A program made the translations under genes and the position numbers. DNA of 64,000 nt. Origin: an uncultured Spirochaetota bacterium (GTDB lineage Bacteria > Spirochaetota > Spirochaetia > SZUA-6 > Fen-1364). The stretch lies in contig CAWAHW010000006.1 of NCBI GenBank assembly GCA_963781885.1, forward strand, positions 32,001 through 96,000, written 5' to 3'. This document shows, one piece after another, positions 1-10,438 of the stretch; the stretch's first letter is position 1; each line of letters begins with the position of its first letter. A model generated the notes under the pieces. It ran no database searches. It worked only from the letters and a program-made list of their open reading frames with translations, and was not told where the DNA came from.

Positions 1-411
1 AGCCAGGGCGTCTTGAAAGGTACCATACTCAGTTGTGATCTGAGCATTTCGTTCTGAACGAAGGCCAGCATCTATCGCTTCGGGCGTTGCCGTATGCACG
101 TGATGGACATAGTGATGATCGGGAAGATCCACGAAGTTGACATGTGCTGCATGAGGGCCGTTGCATCGCAAAAGAATAATACTGCCGGAACCGTCTTGTG
201 GCATGTATTCTAGTCCAATCGAAAAGTTTTCAGGAAAGTCCTCACTCTGCCGAATGAATACGTGAAATCGATGCTGGCCGTCGGTTGAAGTGACCATCAT
301 ATCATTGCGATACGATCTGCGCTCGAGAGTCATACTTCTCTTTGGAGGTTCGGAAATACTTTTAGCACAAGTAATTAGGTTCTCAAGCTCACTTTGTGAG
401 TATGAACGCAT
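1..411 (-). CDS. Cassette hypothetical protein, partial (MRSYSQSELENL...LLRCNGPH...HHVH), possibly DUF6978-like
   Basis: Manual translation: open from ATG 411 to the window edge. Confidence 0.7.
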   Translation of the reverse strand, partial: MRSYSQSELENLITCAKSISEPPKRSMTLERRSYRNDMMVTSTDGQHRFHVFIRQSEDFPENFSIGLEYMPQDGSGSIILLRCNGPHAAHVNFVDLPDHHYVHHVHTATPEAIDAGLRSERNAQITTEYGTFQDALA

Positions 412-530
412 GCTTGCCCTCTATCGCTCGTGGAATAGCATACTTGAATTCCTTGTTTGATTCTATATGCCCTTATCGGTCTAAACCGACAGATTCTGAT
501 CATCAACCCGCCGTTTTGAAGTCTGCTGAG

Positions 531-644
531 CCATAACATAGAGTTGAGCACCCGGCCCGCATCAAAGGGCAGATTGTGTACCGAGACGTTGGCGGCCGAT
601 TCAGGCCAAATTCTTGCCCGGAGTGCTCCAACGATTTGTTATGC
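531..644 (-). repeat. attC site (family A)
   Basis: taacatagagttgagcacccgg...ccggagtgctccaacgatttgtta. Confidence 0.93.
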
Positions 645-661
645 ATTCAACCTTCTGGCTG

Positions 662-1228
662 TCAGTCATCATTATCTCTTGCTGAAATTCTATTTCCTTC
701 CGTTGCCGGCTCAATCTGCGTTCTCAAGGCTGCAAGGCGTTCCTTTGCTGTTCCGGTTTCACGTAGGCCAAGACCCTTTCTCATCTGACCGCCAAAGCTG
801 TAATTGTTGCTGGCGCTTCCGTTCAGCAGCGTTGCTTCCTCGTCGGAGAGTATCACTACTTCAGTTTGGCTCATAATCTCATGGATGACTGCTTGGGAGA
901 CAACTTTGGCACTGGTCTTGGCCTTCAATAGCTCATTGAAAGTGGCCTCAATAGGCCATATGTGCTCATACATTACCTTCGCTGGTTCCTTTTGATATTG
1001 AATCCAGGCCCTCTTGGTAAAGCGAAAGTATCTTTTGTACAGGTCGAACACCTTATAAGGCTCCTGGCTATCCATGTCGAATTCCGGATAGTGTCTTATC
1101 AGAGTCTTTATGGTGACTTTGAATGCTGGCTTTGACAGCGTTTCGGCATCATAGCTATTCAGTATTTCAAGAAGCAGCCTTTCGCACAGACTCTGATACG
1201 GTGTAATGGACGAAGAGGCAGTTTCCAA
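662..1228 (-). CDS. Cassette hypothetical protein with YEHIWP (HNH-like) motif
   Basis: ORF fills cassette; likely TTG start at 1228 after AAGGAG; paralog at 17545-18073. Confidence 0.7.
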   Translation of the reverse strand: METASSSITPYQSLCERLLLEILNSYDAETLSKPAFKVTIKTLIRHYPEFDMDSQEPYKVFDLYKRYFRFTKRAWIQYQKEPAKVMYEHIWPIEATFNELLKAKTSAKVVSQAVIHEIMSQTEVVILSDEEATLLNGSASNNYSFGGQMRKGLGLRETGTAKERLAALRTQIEPATEGNRISARDNDD

Positions 1229-1370
1229 ATGGCGTTCTCCTTGCAAGTTGAATCAAGCAAATCAGGTTAGCAGGATTCAACTCCTCCTTAAAGGGGAAGA
1301 AAAGCGATGCAGTCTACGTGAGGAAATTGCAGCCTTTTAGCAAAAAGCGTCACCTACTTCACTCTTGAAT

Positions 1371-1485
1371 GCATAACATAGAGTTGACCAGCGCCGCCGT
1401 ATCAACCAGCACCACCCGACGATTAGGAAGAAGTTGGGTCTATCCAGATAAATTTCGAGGCGACTGGTCCAACGATTTGTTAGCC
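1371..1485 (-). repeat. attC site (family B)
   Basis: gagttgaccagcgcc...ggcgactggtccaac arms. Confidence 0.93.
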
Positions 1486-2256
1486 ATTTGGCGTCACCTT
1501 CGCGCCGCAAAGCTTCAGCAATGCAAAGTTGCCTTCATAGAAGTCCCCTGTCTGAGTTGCCGATTGAATTCGTGCAAGGCCTTTCCGATATTCCTTTTCG
1601 CTCAGGAGATTCAGCTGTGACATATCGCGGTTTCTAGCTTCTTCCAGCAACGAAGTCAAAGGAAAAGCCTTTTCGGTGATGGTCGTGGTCAGTTCCACGC
1701 TGAAGCCGCACTTTGCGAATGCCTTTCGCAGATGATCATTGCTCCAGAATCTCTGCCTATCAATTTTCCGTGCACCTTTGAAGTAGTGGTATACCCATGA
1801 CAGCGGCATCGCTTCGGGACAAATGTTCTTCATTTGGAAAACCCCACCTGGCTTCAAAATGCGGTGGAATTGGCTAATGCAGCTGACCTTACCTTGGAAA
1901 TGATGAAATGCAAAATTGCAGGTGACGAAGTCGAACTGCTCGTTGGGATATGGCAGATCCGCGGCATCAGCGGTTGTCAATTCGATACCATTTGCCAGCT
2001 TGGCCTTCGAAATAGAAAGCATGTCCAGAGACAGATCGCAGCCGTGCCACTTTATCCGCTTGTCGGGGAAATACTCTGTCTGGGCGAGGAGAAAGTTGCC
2101 AGTGCCGCAAGCAACATCCAGTATCAATATGGTTTTGTTTGTAGAAGAAAGAAGCCTACCTATGTGCGGCTCGGGGTCGTATTGAAGGCGAATGGGGTTC
2201 TTGTCGTAGACTTTTGCTATCGCCGAGTAGTCCGCAGTTTTCAAGAAGTTCTCCAT
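1480..2256 (-). CDS. Class I SAM-dependent methyltransferase
   Basis: LDVACGTGN, DAADLPY..FDFV motifs; stop codon in attC end. Confidence 0.9.
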   Translation of the reverse strand: MENFLKTADYSAIAKVYDKNPIRLQYDPEPHIGRLLSSTNKTILILDVACGTGNFLLAQTEYFPDKRIKWHGCDLSLDMLSISKAKLANGIELTTADAADLPYPNEQFDFVTCNFAFHHFQGKVSCISQFHRILKPGGVFQMKNICPEAMPLSWVYHYFKGARKIDRQRFWSNDHLRKAFAKCGFSVELTTTITEKAFPLTSLLEEARNRDMSQLNLLSEKEYRKGLARIQSATQTGDFYEGNFALLKLCGAKVTPNG

Positions 2257-2261
2257 TCCAA

Positions 2262-3580
2262 TGTCCTAACTAACACATCGTTGACACTTTTCGCAGCACA
2301 TCCTAACAGTTATCTCGCTGCCCTAACCAAGCGGCCGAGCTCATCCTGGATGCGCAGCTGCCGCTCGTCAAGATAGCCTAACAGGGTGTCGCGGTAATAC
2401 ACGCGCCACTTGCCCTTCACGATCTGCTCCAGTCCGACGTACTTCTCGATCAGCGTTGTGCTGACGACGACCCACTTGCTGGAGCCCCAGCGGATTGCCC
2501 CGTTGCGGCAAACGTATTTCGTGCACATGCCTTCTGGATACTTCCAGGTCCTAGTTATGCGTGGAAGGCGGCGAGGGGAGTGGCGGTAGAACTCCTTGGG
2601 CCTCCTCTGTCCCAGCGTCTGATGAGGACGCTGCACGTTGTAGAAATGACGAAAGGCGTCGAACTTGTGTTGCTGCTGGACCAGGCTGTAGGCGGCCGGC
2701 TTTGTGGCCTCAGCCTTTAGCTCTTCGTGCATCCGCTCGTGACTACCGTTCTGCTCGGGGTGAGCCGGGTCAGAATAGACCGGCTGGATCCCCAGATCCA
2801 TGAGCCAGACGGCAAGCCGCGTAAGCCGCGAGAGGCTCACCCCACTGGCGAAGGGCTCTCCGTTGTCACTGTGGATCTGTTTGGGCAAACCGTACTTCTT
2901 GAAAAGGGCCTCAAATACGGCCTTTGTGCCCTCATATGTGGGATTATGCATTCCCACCACCGCCAGCACAAAGCGGCTGTAGGCGTCCATGACGGTCAGC
3001 GGGTAGCAGTAGCGCCCGTCGCCCATGCGGAACTTCCCTTTGAAGTCCACGCTCCAGATCTCGTTGGGGGCCTTCGCCTCAAAGATCGGGTGCATCTCTC
3101 GAATGCGACGAACGCGGCGCCGCTTCTTGACTAGGCCATAGCGTTTGAGCACCAAGGCGATCGTCGCCACCGAAGGCACCTTCCGCCGACCACCATACCT
3201 CTCCGTGAGCAGCTGAAAGATCTTCAGCGGACCCATGCGAGGCCACCTGCCTCGTATTCGTATGATTGCCCGCTCGATGCTCGGTGCAGTGCGGTTCCAC
3301 ACCCGCCGCGGAGCCCGCGATTGCTCCTTGAGTCCCGCTACACCCCGCAACAGATAGCGCAGTATGTAGCGGTAACCTAAAGTACGGGAGATACCATAAG
3401 ATTTGCACAGAGCAGTGAACGTGTGCTGGCCTGACTCCCACTCAAGAACGAAACTAGCCTTTTCGTCCATCGCTGACCGTTCCCTCCAGGGCATCCCGCT
3501 CTCCTCTCGGAGAAAACGTCGCCCAAAAAAGTGTCAACGATGTGCTTAGAATTCTGTCAACGATGTGCTTAGACAGGACC
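2262..3580 (-). mobile_element. IS481-family insertion sequence
   Basis: Imperfect terminal IRs (tgtcctaactaacacatcgttgaca / tgtcaacgatgtgcttagacaggacc), CCAA(T) duplication; the empty site is seen in the paralogous cassette at 25945-25962. Confidence 0.9.
2310..3494 (-). CDS. IS481-family DDE transposase
   Basis: N-terminal HTH, WSVDFKG, SDNGEPF, PEQNGSHER rve motifs. Confidence 0.93.
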   Translation of the reverse strand: MPWRERSAMDEKASFVLEWESGQHTFTALCKSYGISRTLGYRYILRYLLRGVAGLKEQSRAPRRVWNRTAPSIERAIIRIRGRWPRMGPLKIFQLLTERYGGRRKVPSVATIALVLKRYGLVKKRRRVRRIREMHPIFEAKAPNEIWSVDFKGKFRMGDGRYCYPLTVMDAYSRFVLAVVGMHNPTYEGTKAVFEALFKKYGLPKQIHSDNGEPFASGVSLSRLTRLAVWLMDLGIQPVYSDPAHPEQNGSHERMHEELKAEATKPAAYSLVQQQHKFDAFRHFYNVQRPHQTLGQRRPKEFYRHSPRRLPRITRTWKYPEGMCTKYVCRNGAIRWGSSKWVVVSTTLIEKYVGLEQIVKGKWRVYYRDTLLGYLDERQLRIQDELGRLVRAAR

Positions 3581-3587
3581 CCAATAT

Positions 3588-3703
3588 GGCTAACATAGAG
3601 TTGACCAGCGCCGCCGCATCATCCAGCCCCACCCCGACGATTAGGACAAGGTTGGGTCTAAACAGACAAATTCTCAGGCGACTGGTCCAACGATTTGTTA
3701 TAG
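3588..3703 (-). repeat. attC site (family B)
   Basis: Family B arms. Confidence 0.93.
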
Positions 3704-4369
3704 GGCGTCTTGATTCTGAAGATATCCAAGCTTTTCTAGACTGGACCGGTTGTTCTCAATATCTTTTAGGGTTCCATTCACCAATACATTGATCCTTGAA
3801 GATATGCCTTGGACGTTGAGATAGAGATGATCACTTATCAGGACTATCTTCCCGATACTGGCTTGGCGGATGCGATCTTGAAGTACTTCGCAATATAGCG
3901 GTTCTATCTGCGAAAAAGGTTCGTCCAATAGGTAAATGTCTCTATCCAAAGACAAAGCAATCAGACACTCAACGTACCGAATCTCGCCTACGGAGAGAAC
4001 GCGGGCACGTTTTTTCAATAGGAATCTGGCTCTTGAATCAGCTTCTAGAATGGACCAATTGCCGAGTCTGCCTAAAATCAGTTTTGCGCTCTGCTCAAGA
4101 CGTAGATCGAAAGGAAGAAAGCTGTTCTGTGGCAGATAGCCTATATGCTTTGGCGCAGCGTTCTTGTTGATATGTTTTCCATTAATACGCATCAAGCCGT
4201 TCGATGATCTATGCTGTCCAAGCAAACACTTGTAAAGGGTTGATTTACCGGAACCGTTTCGACCGAGAATGCCAATTATGTCACCGTCCCTTGCTTCGAG
4301 GTAGACATTTGAAAGTACCCTTCGTTGATCGAATGCTATTGATAAGCTGTCCACGTAGAGAGAGCTCAT
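3698..4369 (-). CDS. ABC-type ATP-binding protein
   Basis: GRNGSGKST Walker A, LSVGE signature, LLDEPF Walker B; ATGA overlap with upstream gene. Confidence 0.88.
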   Translation of the reverse strand: MSSLYVDSLSIAFDQRRVLSNVYLEARDGDIIGILGRNGSGKSTLYKCLLGQHRSSNGLMRINGKHINKNAAPKHIGYLPQNSFLPFDLRLEQSAKLILGRLGNWSILEADSRARFLLKKRARVLSVGEIRYVECLIALSLDRDIYLLDEPFSQIEPLYCEVLQDRIRQASIGKIVLISDHLYLNVQGISSRINVLVNGTLKDIENNRSSLEKLGYLQNQDAL

Positions 4370-4704
4370 TGACGAAACAGCCCCATGAGGGTGGATCCAG
4401 CAAATCCAAATAGACTCGCAATCGGAACTATCAATAAGAAGCCAGATGCGAAAACAGTGTGAAAGTGCATTCCACGGACTATATAAATGGACAGTTCCCT
4501 TCTGCAGAGCCAAGTGTATAGCAATACCGAGAAAGCATAGCCAATAGTGCATGCGATAAGTAGGAAGCCAATGCCCACCTCAGATACAATCGTGGTCCAG
4601 TCTGTCCCCGAGCGGTGGGCAATCCATAGCAAAGAGGCGCCGGCAGCGGATACGGGCACGTCGTAGGAGAGAATACGCTTGATGTAATGCCAGATCAGCC
4701 GCAT
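4366..4704 (-). CDS. Small membrane protein coupled to ABC ATPase
   Basis: Three hydrophobic segments; 4-nt overlap. Confidence 0.7.
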   Translation of the reverse strand: MRLIWHYIKRILSYDVPVSAAGASLLWIAHRSGTDWTTIVSEVGIGFLLIACTIGYAFSVLLYTWLCRRELSIYIVRGMHFHTVFASGFLLIVPIASLFGFAGSTLMGLFRQ

Positions 4705-4732
4705 GGCTCAGTAACGCCCCCGATGTGACGCC

Positions 4733-4849
4733 CTATAACATGGAGTTGAGCACCCGGCCCGCATCAGACAAAAACCACAAAGACTGGCACCGGAAGCGGG
4801 TCTATTGGAGCAGATTCTTAGCCCGGAGTGCTCCAACGATTTGTTATGT
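4733..4849 (-). repeat. attC site (family A)
   Basis: Family A arms. Confidence 0.93.
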
Positions 4850-4875
4850 CCAATCTATTTTCAAATGGCGTTAGG

Positions 4876-5292
4876 TCATCCGTTAGTTCGTTCTGTGTTC
4901 TTCATTATTTCCCAAAACTGTCTTGGCTGTATGATCGGAATGCCTTTGTGCTTCTTGAGTACTAGCAAGTCCTCATCCCCAGTAATGATGTAATCTGCCA
5001 ACGCTTGTTCAGCAAGGGCAATGATATGGTCATCATTTTGATCCCTTGAAATGCGTTTGCCTAGCGGTTTGACATGAAAAACAGTTGAATGCTCTTTTAG
5101 GTATTCAAGGGTGTCTTGGATAGTTTGAGGTGGAACTTTTAGCTTCCGTTTCAACGCGTCAGCTATCTCGTTAAGTATTTCCGAACTCAGGTATAGATCT
5201 TGCTGGTCCAGGCACATCTCAAATACAGCATGACATAGTCCCTGCGTGGCGAATGCTGCAACTATCACGTTTGTGTCTAGCACAACTTTCAT
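4876..5292 (-). CDS. PIN-domain toxin
   Basis: MKVVLDTNV, RDQNDD, ITGDEDLL. Confidence 0.9.
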   Translation of the reverse strand: MKVVLDTNVIVAAFATQGLCHAVFEMCLDQQDLYLSSEILNEIADALKRKLKVPPQTIQDTLEYLKEHSTVFHVKPLGKRISRDQNDDHIIALAEQALADYIITGDEDLLVLKKHKGIPIIQPRQFWEIMKNTERTNG

Positions 5293-5507
5293 GATATGGT
5301 GCGAAAGACATCCTCGTCCGTAAGGATTCCTTGTGCTCCAGCAAAAGGTAGAACAGTGTTGCGGAGCCGCCGAAAGTTATAGACTGAGACAAATTTCTGA
5401 ATTGACTCCCGAACAAGGTCGCTTATGGGTTTAGCTTCGTTGTCGCTTATTTGCTGCAGTTCTTTCCGCAATTCATCGGGCAGCCGTACTGTAACCGCTT
5501 GTTTCAT
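5289..5507 (-). CDS. CopG/RHH antitoxin
   Basis: VTVRLPDEL RHH start; overlaps the toxin. Confidence 0.85.
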   Translation of the reverse strand: MKQAVTVRLPDELRKELQQISDNEAKPISDLVRESIQKFVSVYNFRRLRNTVLPFAGAQGILTDEDVFRTIS

Positions 5508-5525
5508 GGGTCACCTCGTACCCGT

Positions 5526-5554
5526 AACGTACTACGTTGTCATACATTTGTCAA
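5526..5554 (-). promoter_or_regulatory. sigma70-like promoter of TA cassette
   Basis: TTGACA-N17-TACGTT. Confidence 0.6.
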
Positions 5555-5663
5555 GTATTCCAGCTTGCTTCCCGCCTATCGAGGTAAAGATATCAATCTG
5601 CCCGAAATGTATCAGAAAGGTGGTTTTCTCAATCAAATTTGTACGAAAACAGACTCTGATTGG

Positions 5664-5779
5664 ACATAACACAGAGTTCAGTACCCGGCCCGCATCAGAA
5701 CGGCACCACAGAGATTTGCACCGGCCGCGGGTCTATTCGACAAGATTCTAGCCCGGAGTACTGCAACGATTTGTTATGC
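5664..5779 (-). repeat. attC site (family C)
   Basis: gagttcagtacccgg...ccggagtactgcaac arms. Confidence 0.93.
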
Positions 5780-5828
5780 GGACCCTCTTTCCTATAGTTC
5801 TTGGTTTCATTCTACGTGTTTGCCACAG

Positions 5829-6269
5829 TCATCTATTCAGACAATCATTCAACTGAATTTCCATGTTCTTAAGATTCAAGTCATCGTTTCTCTTTAATAT
5901 GGAGGCTATCACGGCCTCCCGATGCTTGTTGTCTGCATGCAGTTCAAATTCGTTTGTCCACCTCAACAGTGTTCCTTCACTACAGTCCGATAGTCTCTGA
6001 ATAGACAGTTGGTAGATGAAAGGAGGCATGGGCTGCCTTCGTTGGATGATTATGGCAAAAGCTTCTGGGATAGTAATCCTTTCTATCTCAACGTCACCTA
6101 TTCCTTCTACCTTTGAAACAGACCGCATAAGTCGGTCATTGTGAAATAGTACGGTGGTGTTGCGTCCAAAGTTAGGATCAATGGCCTTCATAAAGTCAAT
6201 TGACGCGATCTGTTTGAAAACTGCTTCTTTGGGAAAGCTGAATAGCACTTGTTCTTCAATTCTCGGCAT
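5829..6269 (-). CDS. SRPBCC/cyclase-like protein
   Basis: 146 aa, GTLLRWTNEF and C-terminal helix pattern; RBS. Confidence 0.6.
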   Translation of the reverse strand: MPRIEEQVLFSFPKEAVFKQIASIDFMKAIDPNFGRNTTVLFHNDRLMRSVSKVEGIGDVEIERITIPEAFAIIIQRRQPMPPFIYQLSIQRLSDCSEGTLLRWTNEFELHADNKHREAVIASILKRNDDLNLKNMEIQLNDCLNR

Positions 6270-6473
6270 AAAATCCTCCCGTGGATTGTCTATGCCTTTC
6301 CTGGCGGACGACGTTTGCTATCTGGGAAGGCTACTATTATTACACGATTGGCCGCTTCTTGTCAATGCGCAGACGGTCGGGAGGAGTATCTGGCCTCGAT
6401 TTGGCGCTTTTCGATATTACTTTCAGAGGTGATCTGCTGATCAACTCCGTCGGTAGATCGGCACATTGGGGCC

Positions 6474-6588
6474 GCATAACATAGAGTTGAGCACCCGGCC
6501 CGCATCAGACAAAGATCACAAAGATTGGCTCCGGAAGCGGGTCTATTGGAGCAAATTCAGCCTGGAGTGCTCCAACGATTTGTTAGGT
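6474..6588 (-). repeat. attC site (family A)
   Basis: Family A arms. Confidence 0.93.
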
Positions 6589-7266
6589 GCAAAGGATTTC
6601 TGCGATGCAATTTAAGTGCTTTAGGACAAGAATAGTGGCTAAGGATGCAAAGGCAACGAACCAGACAAGCGATGCACCAAGTGCAATACCCATGTCGATC
6701 TTCATTAAGCCGCCGCGGACTTCGTTCAACTTATGAGCGCTGTGTATGGCACAGTTAGGCTCGGGATACCGCTCATTCCCAAAATATACAACTCCCTTGT
6801 CTTCCTCTAGAAGTGTAGCTCCGCCTGGGTATCTATCGACGTGCGGTGAAGGTTTGCCGAAGATATGAGATTCCAAAACAAAGTATTGGAGGGGAATGCC
6901 TTTTTGGGCGAGTTTGAATTCTATAGCCCGAAGGGATCGCCTGCAAAACTCAAGAAAGTGATGTTCCTTTCGAATAAGCCGGTTCCAAGTTATTGATATG
7001 AAGATCCCGATGACGGCAACGCCTGTCGCGATAAGGAGTTGATATTCTTCAATTGGGGGTTTTGATAAAGTTGCAAGGAAGCCGACAAAAAGCGCCGCTT
7101 GAATCCCCATCATTAGTATTTGGACTCTTTGGAAATAGACATCGGTCTGCTTTTTCCATATCTCCAAATTTGTGTTGTAGGCTTGTATAAGAACCTCCTC
7201 ATTACAGTCAGACTCATTCTGCATGCGCCTTCGTCTAATTTGAGCGCTTTTTGTCTTTGTGAGCAT
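6583..7266 (-). CDS. Membrane protein (3 TM), possibly RipA-like
   Basis: Y..R-TM-TM-W..LRAIE pattern; fills cassette. Confidence 0.65.
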   Translation of the reverse strand: MLTKTKSAQIRRRRMQNESDCNEEVLIQAYNTNLEIWKKQTDVYFQRVQILMMGIQAALFVGFLATLSKPPIEEYQLLIATGVAVIGIFISITWNRLIRKEHHFLEFCRRSLRAIEFKLAQKGIPLQYFVLESHIFGKPSPHVDRYPGGATLLEEDKGVVYFGNERYPEPNCAIHSAHKLNEVRGGLMKIDMGIALGASLVWFVAFASLATILVLKHLNCIAEILCT

Positions 7267-7429
7267 AGGACAACTCCTTAGGTTTTTGGTTTCTCACATT
7301 AATTTGGAAGGCGCGTTTGTCCGCTATTGGGCGGCCTATGCGGCAGAAGCATGGGACATTGCGTTGCGAAATATTGGCTGGCGTAGTCGCTTGGCGGGAA
7401 TATGCAAGTTGCCGACTATTCGCCTTTGC

Positions 7430-7544
7430 ACCTAACATAGAGTTGACCAGCGCCGCCGCATCAAACAGCCCCACCCGACGATTAGGAAAAAGTTGGGTCT
7501 GAACAGGCAAATTCCAAGGCGACTGGTCCAACGATTTGTTACAC
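7430..7544 (-). repeat. attC site (family B)
   Basis: Family B arms. Confidence 0.93.
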
Positions 7545-7747
7545 GCCCCTCTATTTTTTGCACCTTACTACTATTGAGGCTTGTATTTCCTGACACCTTT
7601 TAATAAACCATGGACAACTCCGCAAACAATGCGGTACGCTGTTTTCGCTCGTTTCGTGGCAAGAGCGCGCTAGTCTTACACGGATATTTAGCGAGCTTTA
7701 GTTGAGAGTGTCAAAAATGCAACACGACCCGCTGCTGACTGTGGTTC

Positions 7748-8125
7748 TTATAGTCCTTTTCGAAGGGCAATCTCAATTGCCTTAAGCACAACTTTGCTGG
7801 AGTACGAGGCGTCCGAAATGGCATCAACTTGTAAGGATTGTTGCGCTATCACTTCGGGAATAATGGCATCTGCGCCATGGTTCGGCCCATGGTTATGTTC
7901 TAGTAGTTGAATACTGTTTACTCTGCCTCCACTTACTGAGACACTGACCTTTGCAGTCACCATCCAGTTGTCTTGGAGACCTTCATATTGTCCATCCCTA
8001 ATAGTTGAAAAATCTAGATTTGCGATTTCAAGAGCCTTGATAGCTGCAAGATTCTTGCAGCTTGAAATCGAAAGGATTGTCAGAAGAGAAAGCAAGGAAA
8101 TTACTAGAGCTTTAGCCTTTGACAT
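7748..8125 (-). CDS. FMN-binding domain lipoprotein
   Basis: Lipobox ISSC, DGQYEG, VDAISDASYSS; GGAGG RBS. Confidence 0.85.
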   Translation of the reverse strand: MSKAKALVISLLSLLTILSISSCKNLAAIKALEIANLDFSTIRDGQYEGLQDNWMVTAKVSVSVSGGRVNSIQLLEHNHGPNHGADAIIPEVIAQQSLQVDAISDASYSSKVVLKAIEIALRKGL

Positions 8126-8356
8126 ATGTCCTCCGGTGGTGCGACGCAATGTTTCGGTCTTCCTCATTGAGGCTTCTTGTCGGTGTCTACTAAATGTAAC
8201 ACCTCTTGCCAATGAATCTGTTTCCTCTCGAAGAATGCACCTCGGCGTGGTGTTTCCGCATTGAAAAAGGCGAACTTATGAGAAGGTACTATGTCCGGGG
8301 CAAAAGCGCTAGCTATTGCCGAAAGGGTGCATCTGACGATTCGAGGTATTTGGGGC

Positions 8357-8473
8357 GTGTAACATAGAGTTGACCAGCGCCGCCGCATCAGCCGGCACCG
8401 CCCCGACGATTAGGATGAAGTTGGGTCTATCCAGACGAAATTTTCAGGCGACTGGTCCAACGATTTGTTAGCG
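8357..8473 (-). repeat. attC site (family B)
   Basis: Family B arms. Confidence 0.93.
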
Positions 8474-8493
8474 TCTTCAGAGATCCTTGGAGC

Positions 8494-9312
8494 CTATTGA
8501 AGTTGAGCATATAGATCTTGAAGGCAATAATAGAAGGCTCTATGGGCTTTGACCTTACCAATTGGCGTATCGAGAAAGCCAATATTGTTGCCGTCGTATC
8601 CAATCAGGACAATTTTGCCCGCAACGCTAGATTTGTCTGTGTTCTTTTGAACTAAGCTATAAAATGGTATGTAGTCAAGCTTGTCTTCGCGAGGATAGCG
8701 CACAGATATTTCACCGAATTCATTTATGCTTGCCTTTTTGTTTCCATTTGCCAGATATCTGCCATCTATTTGTAAGCTAGGCAAAGCATATTGAAGTACA
8801 GAGAGCCATAGGGTTTTGTAGATCCTGTTTTGGTATCTCTCAAACATTGGCACAAGATCAGCCTTTCGCATGTCAACAAAACCCACATCATACGCGTTTC
8901 TGCCGAATGCCTCTAGTGGCATCCAACCGCGATTACCAGCCATTGTTCTTTTGGGAACATTTGACAGCTGAATAGAGAATTTCGGGTCTATGGGATTTGG
9001 ATGCGCTTCAGAATCGTTAAGGCAAGCTTGCAGGAATACAGGTATGCCATTCATTGAGTTTGCAAAAGCATCATCCCCCACGGCATCTTTATGTTGATCC
9101 AGGAAATACTTCATTACGACGGCTTTGGCGCTATATTCTTTAAGAACGGATACCGCAGATGCCCATTGAGTCCTACTCGGCGGAAATGGGCCGAGATGGG
9201 TTTCGGTTTGGGCATCATACATGACCATGACGAAAGGGCTCTCGGCGAAAAGATAGGATAGTGACAAGAACGCGACTACTGTCGATAGAATCACTTTTAA
9301 AGACCTACTCAA
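8494..9312 (-). CDS. Secreted CHASE2-like domain protein
   Basis: Signal peptide, LGPFPPSR, GDDAFA, GKIVLIG, TPIG. Confidence 0.7.
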   Translation of the reverse strand: MSRSLKVILSTVVAFLSLSYLFAESPFVMVMYDAQTETHLGPFPPSRTQWASAVSVLKEYSAKAVVMKYFLDQHKDAVGDDAFANSMNGIPVFLQACLNDSEAHPNPIDPKFSIQLSNVPKRTMAGNRGWMPLEAFGRNAYDVGFVDMRKADLVPMFERYQNRIYKTLWLSVLQYALPSLQIDGRYLANGNKKASINEFGEISVRYPREDKLDYIPFYSLVQKNTDKSSVAGKIVLIGYDGNNIGFLDTPIGKVKAHRAFYYCLQDLYAQLQ

Positions 9313-9353
9313 TGGGAATCCTCCTTAGGTAAGATTTGGTCAGTTTTGAATGA

Positions 9354-9468
9354 CGCTAACATAGAGTTGACCAGCGCCGCCGCATCAAGCGGCCCAAACC
9401 CGACGACTAGGAAGACGTTGGGTCTATCCAGAAAAATCTAAGGCGACTGGTCCAACGATTTGTTATGC
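9354..9468 (-). repeat. attC site (family B)
   Basis: Family B arms. Confidence 0.93.
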
Positions 9469-9670
9469 GTTCATTTTTCTGGAGACATCATAATGCACGA
9501 TATCCTTGATTGACTATCTAAACGTAGGCCCTGCAAAAAAGCAATCTATTTACGTCTTAAGATCGCATTCGAGTCGCCGAAGCGCGGCTTCGTAGGAAAG
9601 CTGCGCCTACTTTCAGCCTAAATGATGTAGAGGAAGAGACGGATATTGCCGGATGTCTCTGCCTAAATCA

Positions 9671-10099
9671 TTAATGGCCAACAGGATTCGTAGTCCACGT
9701 TACGGACTTGAATTTGCCATCTTGAATGATGGTGATGATTTTTAGCAAGCCCCAGTTAGAAAAGCCGCCGTTGTCCTTAATTGCAAAGACTCCAGTCACG
9801 TTCACTCCACTAACATTCAATTCAAGAAGTGTTAATTGTGTTTTTAAAGGAAAAATTGTAGTGGTAAAGAAACTAAGCAACTTCTTGACTCCTTTGGGTT
9901 GGCCCCATGCAGTTATTAGCTGCCCGTCATCGGCAAAGTAGCTCGTTGCCTTTTCGGCTTGTGCGTTGTTGATGGCATCAAACAGCCCATTTACAATCGC
10001 AGTAGGATCAGTAGCTTGCGCTAACGCATCATCTGCGAACAAATGTACGGAAAAAAACGACGCAAGCAGTAGGATAAGAATGGTAGTGCGCTTTTTCAT
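9671..10099 (-). CDS. Secreted SnoaL/NTF2-like protein
   Basis: Signal peptide, FDAIN..YFADD, DGK. Confidence 0.75.
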   Translation of the reverse strand: MKKRTTILILLLASFFSVHLFADDALAQATDPTAIVNGLFDAINNAQAEKATSYFADDGQLITAWGQPKGVKKLLSFFTTTIFPLKTQLTLLELNVSGVNVTGVFAIKDNGGFSNWGLLKIITIIQDGKFKSVTWTTNPVGH

Positions 10100-10199
10100 C
10101 TGTCTTCTCCTTTTTTCTGACGTTTGGTTGTGGCCTTTGGAGTTCTGCTACAAGAAATTGTATGTCGATCTCTCTTAACGATGCAAGATCCCTATGAAC

Positions 10200-10313
10200 G
10201 CATAACATAGAGTTGAGCACCCGGCCCGCATCAGAGCGCGACATTGTGTACGCGGACATTGGCGGCTTAATGAGGCAGATTCTAGCCCGGAGTGCTCCAA
10301 CGATTTGTTAGGT
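10200..10313 (-). repeat. attC site (family A)
   Basis: Family A arms. Confidence 0.93.
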
Positions 10314-10438
10314 TGGCTGCGCATTAAGAGCGGCTCAACTTTTCGCTGGTTCACCTGCGTTGAACGGTATGTGCGAATGTCCATGGCTCTTCTACCCGCC
10401 CATTGACCCAACAGTCTGTAAGTCATTATGGTTGCTTT

